64,000 bases of DNA from assembly GCA_965232265.1 (NCBI GenBank), contig CBDDPH010000002.1, forward strand, positions 350,216 through 414,215. Direction: 5' to 3'. The notes under the pieces were generated by a model. That model made no database searches, was not told the origin of the DNA, and saw nothing but the letters and a program-made list of their open reading frames with translations. Each line of letters opens with the position of its first letter. The stretch's first letter is position 1. The DNA comes from Candidatus Latescibacterota bacterium (GTDB taxonomy: Bacteria; Latescibacterota; UBA2968). The position numbers and the translations under genes are program-made. Shown here in pieces: positions 57,326-64,000 of this stretch.

Positions 57326-57684
57326 GCTGGCTGCCTTGGATCTGAGGGTGGGTGTGTTTTAGACTACACATAACACTCAGACCTTTAGCAAATAGCGAGC
57401 CAGAAAACGCCATCATCCAAAAATTGATCCACATATTCCAGCAAAAGTAGCTCAAGCACCTCCTTTTGCTTAAAATATGTGGTATTGCGCTCGTATCCAC
57501 AACCCGAATTTAAGCACCACCTCAAAAAACAAAGACGAATCAGAATGCGCCGGGTACGCAAAAGTGAACATGTTGATCCATTGTCAATTGAGATTTGAAA
57601 ACATTACGCCCTACAAAGGAGATTGCGCGAAACGCGATTCTGAGATACATTTAAAAAATTAACTTCCTATTCAGGAGACCCACC

Positions 57685-58950
57685 ATGATCCAGAGCGGCG
57701 TTGCAAGCGGAGACATCACCCCCGAACCCGGCCCAGTACTTCAGGGGCATTGGAACACCAACCCATCGCATTCCGTACTATACCCTCTTGAAGTGCGGGC
57801 GGTCGTATTTGCCGACGGAGACGTGCAAATAGCCATCGCCACACTCGACGTCATCGGCATAACCAGAGCCACCACTGACCGAATCCGGGCGAAAGTGGCA
57901 AATATCATTCCGGGAGACAACGTAATGGTAGCGTGTAGCCACACGCACTGCGCCCTCCCCACATTGCCGTGTTTGGGCATGACGCCCGACCCCGAATATA
58001 TGGATCGCATTGTCGAAACCACCGCCACCTGCATAGCCGAAGCAGCCGCAAATCTCCAGCCCGCAACCCTTGGCCTGGGATGTGGATCCGCGCATTTCAA
58101 CATCAACCGCCGCCCGCTCCCCGGAGCCTCGAGCATGACCTTGAACTACGGCGGAATCGTGGATCGTCGCGTAAGAGTCTTACACGTAACAGGAGAAACC
58201 GGCACCCCCCTCGCCACATTATTCCACTACGCCTGTCACCCGACCACACTCAGCGGCTCCAACGGCATCATCTCGCCCGATTACCCCGGCATTGCCCGCA
58301 ACCGAATTGAACAAACCCTCGGTAGCAAAGCCCTCTTCTTACCCGGATGCTTCGGCAACATCCGCCCCGCCATCCTGAGCGAAACCGGGGGATTTGCCTC
58401 CGCCACCAGAGAACAATTGGACGCTTGCGGCCACGAACTCGGCGATGAAGTATGCCGCGTAGCGACCGGACTGAATACCCAACCAGCAAAAGGCATATCT
58501 GCCCGCCGCACCGACATCGCAATACCTTATGGCGACCTCATGCCCGAAGAAGAACTGAAAAAAATGGTAACAGACAAAAGCGAACGCGGACAATTATTGA
58601 CAGGAACCTGGGCGAGAAATGTACTGGACATGGCGGCATCGGGCACCGTCCCATCCGAAAAACCCACCGAAATGCAACTGATGCAGGTAGGACCACTATC
58701 ACTAATCACCATACCGGGCGAACCCGTGCAGGAAATTGGACATGCAATGGAAAAAAGGCTGCGGAATATCAGCGAGGACCTGTGGCCCGTGGGCTATGCC
58801 AATGACGAAGTGGGATATTTGTGTACAGAGCGGCAATACGAAGAAGGCGGTTACGAACCCAATGCCTATCCGTATTACGGGGAACCCGCGCCATATCAGG
58901 GCGAAGAAGAAATCATCCTGCAAACAGCAGACGCTTTAGCACGGGACTAA
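57685..58950 (+). CDS. neutral/alkaline ceramidase-like hydrolase
   Basis: CSHTHC, NINRR, HYACHPT, SPDYPG, PGEP, GYAND, GGYE. Confidence 0.75.
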   Translation: MIQSGVASGDITPEPGPVLQGHWNTNPSHSVLYPLEVRAVVFADGDVQIAIATLDVIGITRATTDRIRAKVANIIPGDNVMVACSHTHCALPTLPCLGMTPDPEYMDRIVETTATCIAEAAANLQPATLGLGCGSAHFNINRRPLPGASSMTLNYGGIVDRRVRVLHVTGETGTPLATLFHYACHPTTLSGSNGIISPDYPGIARNRIEQTLGSKALFLPGCFGNIRPAILSETGGFASATREQLDACGHELGDEVCRVATGLNTQPAKGISARRTDIAIPYGDLMPEEELKKMVTDKSERGQLLTGTWARNVLDMAASGTVPSEKPTEMQLMQVGPLSLITIPGEPVQEIGHAMEKRLRNISEDLWPVGYANDEVGYLCTERQYEEGGYEPNAYPYYGEPAPYQGEEEIILQTADALARD

Positions 58951-58952
58951 AA

Positions 58953-60215
58953 ATGAAACAAATCGACATACCTTATGGCCGGGGTGCCGTATCTGTCCAA
59001 ACAGATCCTACACGCGCGCACTGGGATGTAATCCGCCCCGCATTTGAACCTGCACTTGAAGGCCCCAAACAGCTATTTCACAAAGCCGTGCGCGACCCCA
59101 TCGGGACAAAACCGCTCACTGAAATCGTCACGCCTTCAGACCGGGTCCTAATCGCAACATCTGACGGCACCCGTCCCGTCCCCAACAAACAACTGATCCC
59201 ATGGCTACTCGAAGAACTGCCCGTATCCCCCGACCAGGTAACCGTATTGATCGGCACGGGCACGCACAGGCCAAACACAAAGCGCGAAATTGTCGAAATG
59301 TTTGGCGAAGATCTGGTCCGCCGCGTACGCATCGTCAATCACGACGCCTTTGACGAAACGCAAAACGAACGGGTGGGTAAAACTGCGGATGGAACAACCG
59401 TATTTTTGAACCGAGAATACCTCAATGCAGATGTCCGCATTGCCCTCGGATTTATCGAACCGCACTTCTTTGCGGGCTTCTCCGGTGGCCCAAAAGCCGT
59501 CGCGCCCGGCGTGGCGGGAATTGAAACCATTTTTCGACTGCATCGCGCCGAACTCATCGCCGACCCAAACAGCACATGGGGCGTACTCTACGAAAATCCC
59601 CTACACCGGGAAATTCGCGAATGCGTCGCGCTATGTCCCCCGGATTTTTTGATCAACGTGACACTCAATGCAGAAAAGAAAATCTCGGGATACTACGCGG
59701 GCGACCTCTCCCTCGCTCATACAAAAGGGTGCGCCGATGTAAAAGCCTCGGCAATGGTACCCGTCAAAACACCCTTCCCGCTGGTGGTCACATCCAACAG
59801 CGGCTTTCCCCTGGATCAAAACCTGTATCAAACCGTAAAAGGCATCTCAGCCGCAGCGCGTATCGTAACCGACGGCGGAACAATCCTCGTAGCCAGTGCG
59901 TGCAGCGATGGCGTACCCGACCACGGCAATTTTGCGGCATTGATGCGCGAAGGCCACACACCTGCAGACGTGATAGAATCGGTTTATGCACGCGAACCGA
60001 TCCTCGACCAGTGGCAGGCGCAAATTCTATCGGGCATCTTAGACCGCGTAGATGTAAAAGTCTATACCGAAATGGACAGCGGCGAGGTCTGCGCCTGCAA
60101 ACTACAGGTCATATCCGACCTCAATAACGCGATACACGATCACCTGAACGCCCGAGATACGCACGTCGCCCTATTGCCCGATGGCCCACTTGTAATTCCC
60201 TACCTTGAGGACTGA
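58953..60215 (+). CDS. larA: nickel-pincer-dependent lactate racemase family protein
   Basis: SDGTRP, GTHR, EPHFFAGFSGGPK, DQNLYQTVKG, DQWQ; ATG 58953. Confidence 0.85.
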   Translation: MKQIDIPYGRGAVSVQTDPTRAHWDVIRPAFEPALEGPKQLFHKAVRDPIGTKPLTEIVTPSDRVLIATSDGTRPVPNKQLIPWLLEELPVSPDQVTVLIGTGTHRPNTKREIVEMFGEDLVRRVRIVNHDAFDETQNERVGKTADGTTVFLNREYLNADVRIALGFIEPHFFAGFSGGPKAVAPGVAGIETIFRLHRAELIADPNSTWGVLYENPLHREIRECVALCPPDFLINVTLNAEKKISGYYAGDLSLAHTKGCADVKASAMVPVKTPFPLVVTSNSGFPLDQNLYQTVKGISAAARIVTDGGTILVASACSDGVPDHGNFAALMREGHTPADVIESVYAREPILDQWQAQILSGILDRVDVKVYTEMDSGEVCACKLQVISDLNNAIHDHLNARDTHVALLPDGPLVIPYLED

Positions 60216-60429
60216 TCCTTCATCTTCGCCCATCTGCGGATCCTCAAACGGGCCCCGCCTCTATAATCTCATCGCTGACCCCATCTTCAAATTGCTTGAA
60301 ATTCTCCTTAAAACAACCGCATATCAAACAAAACACGCCAAACCAAATATTACTCCGCGCCCAAAAATTCCTTCATTTTAAAAAAATAGTCATTATATTT
60401 CGCGCCTGACCATCAGTCAGGAGGAAGAC

Positions 60430-61296
60430 ATGTCCAAAAAATGGTTGCGCGTTGCCGCATGTCAGATGCATGCCAATGAGAACATCGAAAAAAACACATG
60501 TGAGATTATCGACCGTCTGAACACCTGTGCGCGTGAAAAAGTAGATATAGCTGCATTTCACGAAGGGGTTTTATACGGCTATACCAGTTGCCCCGACTTC
60601 TGGTCAAGCCTAGATCAAACGCGCATTGAAAAAGCCGAACAACAAATCATACAGGTATGCCGTAAAAAGGGCATTGCCGCAATCGTCGGCTCAACTCATC
60701 TCGAAAACGGACACCGCTACAACAGCCTGCTCGTCATAGATCGCGATGGCACCGTGCAGGGACGCTATGGCAAAATACATCTGGCGGGAGAAAAATGGTG
60801 TGAACCCGCGCAACACCTGCCCATTTATCACTTGTGCGGCGTACCCTGTTGTTTTTTAATCTGCCACGACATTCGATATCCCGAACTCGTGAGATTGCCC
60901 GCCGCAGCCGGTGCAAAAATTTGCTTCTTCGCCAGTTGTGAAAGCTCTGTCACCTCAGAGCACAAATTGTCGGCCTATCGCGCCATGCCCATCAGCCGCG
61001 CAACCGAAAATGACATCTACGTCGTCATGGCAAACGCCCCTGCCGACCCCCTGGACATCAACCGCGCGGGATCTTCCCACGGCGAATCAAAAATCATCCA
61101 CCCAAATGGCAATGTCATAACCGAAGCTGGCATATTCACAGACGAAATCATAATCCGCAAATTAGACCTCCATCAGGCATCGCGCAACATCGCGTTGCGA
61201 GCCGTGAATGACACAACGCGCCTGCGCGAATGGATGAAAAAAGGCGTAAAATTAGTAGATCGCGTAGGGGCGAAACACGTTTCGCCCAATACTTAA
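60430..61296 (+). CDS. carbon-nitrogen hydrolase (nitrilase superfamily)
   Basis: E-K-C triad: FHEG, YGKIHL, ICHDIRYPE. Confidence 0.85.
   Translation: MSKKWLRVAACQMHANENIEKNTCEIIDRLNTCAREKVDIAAFHEGVLYGYTSCPDFWSSLDQTRIEKAEQQIIQVCRKKGIAAIVGSTHLENGHRYNSLLVIDRDGTVQGRYGKIHLAGEKWCEPAQHLPIYHLCGVPCCFLICHDIRYPELVRLPAAAGAKICFFASCESSVTSEHKLSAYRAMPISRATENDIYVVMANAPADPLDINRAGSSHGESKIIHPNGNVITEAGIFTDEIIIRKLDLHQASRNIALRAVNDTTRLREWMKKGVKLVDRVGAKHVSPNT
61264..61287. repeat. GTAG-type REP inside the nitrilase 3' end
   Basis: gtag-gggcgaaac-ac-gtttcgccc. Confidence 0.7.
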
Positions 61297-61306
61297 AGGA
61301 GCATGC

Positions 61307-62764
61307 ATGAAAGGAACCAGACCAAACATCCTGTGGATCTGTACAGACCAGCAGCGATATGACACCATTGGCGCATTGGGCAATCCCCATGTGGATACCC
61401 CCAATATCGACCGCCTGATCGCCGAAGGATTTGCATTTACCCATGCGTATTGCCAGAGTCCGATTTGCACACCCAGTCGGACGAGTTTTTTGACCGGACA
61501 ATACGCCAGTGCCGTACACGTAAACGGCAATGGCAACTCGCATTTCCCAGACGCGCCGCCGCTGGTCACCAAAATACTCGCAGACAACGGATACGACTGC
61601 GGACTAATCGGCAAATTGCACCTGTCGAGCGCGCATGGACGCATAGAAAAAAGAACAGATGACGGATACCGCTACTGGCAATACAGCCACGCGCCCCGGG
61701 ACGACTGGGAAACCGGACACGATTATGCGGACTGGGTGCGATCCAAAGGCGAAATCCTGGGCGAACTCATCAAAAGTCCCGATGGCGTACCCGCAGAACT
61801 GCACCAGACAACGTGGTGTGCGGAAAAAACCATCGAATTTTTGAGCGAACAGCGCGATGGACCCTGGTTGGCCTCTGTAAACATCTACGACCCCCATCCG
61901 CCATTTAACCCGCCCAAAACGTACCGCGAAATGTTCGATCCCGAACAGGTAAACAGCCCCCTATTCCGAGAAAGTGACCTCGCGCAACAAGAAAAACTAC
62001 AAGCCATTGACTTTCAGTCCAAAGGGCGGCATCCCGATGAATTGGATATACGAAGCCCCGTAATCCCCAGGACACCGACGCGCGGATTGCACGAATCTGA
62101 GTCAGCCGGAAAACGCGACGCAAAAACACTCATTGCCGCCTATTACGCCATGATCAAACTGATTGACGACCAACTTGGGCGCGTAATAACCGCATTGGAA
62201 GAAACTGGACAGCGCGACAACACCTTGATTATCTTCACCAGCGACCACGGCGAAACCCTGGGAGACCACGGACTGATTCAAAAGGGGTGCCGTTTTTACG
62301 AAGGACTCGTGCGCGTACCACTCATTTTCTCATGGCCGGGTCACGTAAAATCGGAACAGAAAAGCCACGCACTCGTCGAACTGCGCGACATAGCCCCCCT
62401 CTTGCTGGACCTCGCTGGCATAGAAGTGCCCGAGCGCATGCAACCGCATCCTCTATTGCCCCTGCTCAGCGGTGATCAACCCCCCGACGAACACCGCGAT
62501 TTTGTGCGCTGTGAATATTACGATGCACTCGATCAAGCCGACGGAACTTATGCCACAATGTATCGCAACCGTCGGTACAAACTCGTGGTCTATCACGGAC
62601 ACGGCCTGGGCGAACTCTACGACTTACAGGAGGATCCAGACGAATTTGACAATCTGTGGGACAGTCCCGATCATGCAGATGTAAAACTCGACTTAATGCA
62701 ACACAGTTTTGATGCGTCAATGCTCGCAATGGACAGAGGCCCAGAACGCATTGGACCGATGTAA
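61307..62764 (+). CDS. sulfatase
   Basis: TDQQR, CTPSR, GKLH, DPHPP, SDHGE. Confidence 0.9.
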   Translation: MKGTRPNILWICTDQQRYDTIGALGNPHVDTPNIDRLIAEGFAFTHAYCQSPICTPSRTSFLTGQYASAVHVNGNGNSHFPDAPPLVTKILADNGYDCGLIGKLHLSSAHGRIEKRTDDGYRYWQYSHAPRDDWETGHDYADWVRSKGEILGELIKSPDGVPAELHQTTWCAEKTIEFLSEQRDGPWLASVNIYDPHPPFNPPKTYREMFDPEQVNSPLFRESDLAQQEKLQAIDFQSKGRHPDELDIRSPVIPRTPTRGLHESESAGKRDAKTLIAAYYAMIKLIDDQLGRVITALEETGQRDNTLIIFTSDHGETLGDHGLIQKGCRFYEGLVRVPLIFSWPGHVKSEQKSHALVELRDIAPLLLDLAGIEVPERMQPHPLLPLLSGDQPPDEHRDFVRCEYYDALDQADGTYATMYRNRRYKLVVYHGHGLGELYDLQEDPDEFDNLWDSPDHADVKLDLMQHSFDASMLAMDRGPERIGPM

Positions 62765-62884
62765 CAATGCCAATAAAGTGCTATCATCTGCGCGTCACTC
62801 GAGCCGTTGTGCGTATATCGTGCAAATCGGTGGCAGGGGGCAATTCTTAATTCTTAATTCCCATCATCGTCGCGGAGGTATTAC

Positions 62885-63751
62885 ATGACAAAAAAACCCG
62901 TTCAAAAACCAAAAATTAAAATCATGGCCGCAGACTGGTCCTTGAGAGATTACCCATCTGCAAGAAATCCCTGGACTATTCAGACCAAAGTGCGAAAAGT
63001 CAAAGAAGCGGGATTTCACGGCATGTCGGCGGGAGCCGATGCAGAATTGGCCGCCGAACTGCACAAAAATAGATTGGAAATGGTCGGTGGGGTAGATGTC
63101 GGCAGCAAAAAAGAAGCCGACACAAAAATGAAAGCATTTGCCGACATAGGCGTGGTTCACATCAACGTACAATTGTGCGATCACGACACAAAAACAAAAG
63201 ACGCGGTAAAAGTCGCGCGTGCAGTCGTAAAAGCCGGAAAAAAGCACAACGTCAAACCCGCAATCGAGATCCATCGCGACACCTGCACAGAAACACCGGA
63301 AAAAGCCTTTGCACTCGCCGATGCGTACCGAAAAAAACACAAGAAGAAACTGCGAATGAACTTCGACCACTCGCACCCAGCAATCATCAAACAACTCCGC
63401 CCGCACGAATACTGGGCGCGGCTATCGGAGCGCACCGACCTCTTGCAAATGCACGAACTCATCCACTTTCGCCCCTTTACGGGCAGCCATTGCCAGACCC
63501 CGGTGACAAATGGCAAAGGGCGATTGGATCGCGATTTCAAAATCTGGTTGACAAATTATCTCGAACCCGCCCTCGAAGCGTGGTTACAGGGCGCGAAATC
63601 GGGCAAAATACTCCATATCGTACCCGAACTGGGGCCCCAAGGCTCTGGATACGCACTCGCCTGTTTCCCCGACATCTGGGAGGATGCCATTCGGGAAAAA
63701 AACGAGATTATAAAAGTCTGGCGCAAGCTGATGAGAAATTGGAACAAATAA
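62885..63751 (+). CDS. xylose isomerase-like TIM-barrel protein
   Basis: EAGFHG, IEIHRD, NFDHSH, HFR, PELGP. Confidence 0.7.
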   Translation: MTKKPVQKPKIKIMAADWSLRDYPSARNPWTIQTKVRKVKEAGFHGMSAGADAELAAELHKNRLEMVGGVDVGSKKEADTKMKAFADIGVVHINVQLCDHDTKTKDAVKVARAVVKAGKKHNVKPAIEIHRDTCTETPEKAFALADAYRKKHKKKLRMNFDHSHPAIIKQLRPHEYWARLSERTDLLQMHELIHFRPFTGSHCQTPVTNGKGRLDRDFKIWLTNYLEPALEAWLQGAKSGKILHIVPELGPQGSGYALACFPDIWEDAIREKNEIIKVWRKLMRNWNK

Positions 63752-63764
63752 CTGGAGATATAAC

Positions 63765-64000
63765 ATGTCAAATCGCAATGGAGAAATTTTAATCGGCTCT
63801 ATACTCCTCGACCTCAACCGCTGGGGCAATCCCAAAACACCGACCTACGAAGTAAGCGATTGGACTGACCGCTTTCGGGAAGCTGGATTTGACGGAATGG
63901 AACTGTGGGAATATCACGCCACCCTGTGTTCAGACGCCGAACGCGAAAAACTGCTGTCCTCTCATTTTCCCGCAACGATCTACAACACCTATTGCGACTT
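63765..64000 (+). CDS. sugar-phosphate isomerase/epimerase family protein (partial, runs off window)
   Basis: GGAG RBS, MSNRNGEILIGSILLDLNRWG..EAGFDGMELWEYH; open to the window end. Confidence 0.65.
   Translation, partial: MSNRNGEILIGSILLDLNRWGNPKTPTYEVSDWTDRFREAGFDGMELWEYHATLCSDAEREKLLSSHFPATIYNTYCD

Noticed and set aside
57330-57660. Short ORFs or ncRNA in the AT-rich gap
   Set aside because: No recognisable protein motif or convincing RNA structure.

Overview
Gene-dense chromosomal window from a diderm bacterium. The many sulfatases, PhyH dioxygenases, ceramidase-like and TIM-barrel enzymes and orphan toxin-antitoxin pieces resemble host/sponge-associated Latescibacterota/Gemmatimonadota/Poribacteria-type genomes; this is inference only. 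Housekeeping content includes PhoBR, two tRNA-Pro genes, MlaEFD, a sigma-70 factor, proA, mmsA, an RNB ribonuclease and DUF368, alongside a partner-switching/phosphorelay cluster and large catabolic clusters (split AcnX, class-III aminotransferases, amidohydrolases, LarA, sulfatases, HADs). Main observations: (1) a BCP/PrxQ peroxiredoxin missed by the ORF track, whose peroxidatic Cys codon is an in-frame TGA followed by a SECIS-like hairpin (selenoprotein); (2) several short intergenic repeat families nested inside one another, with a ~28-bp AACTGG..CCAGTT hairpin repeatedly sitting inside other repeats; (3) candidate defence/toxin genes, namely a VOC-coiled coil-TM plus PD-(D/E)XK-like/glycine-zipper pair and a tRNA-adjacent coiled-coil/RelE-like protein; (4) a hybrid kinase with a His-less HPt next to a pseudo-receiver/intact-HPt gene; (5) a frameshifted isomerase and decayed TA remnants. 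No CRISPR array, rRNA, integrase or intact IS was seen. All family assignments are by motif recognition, not database search.
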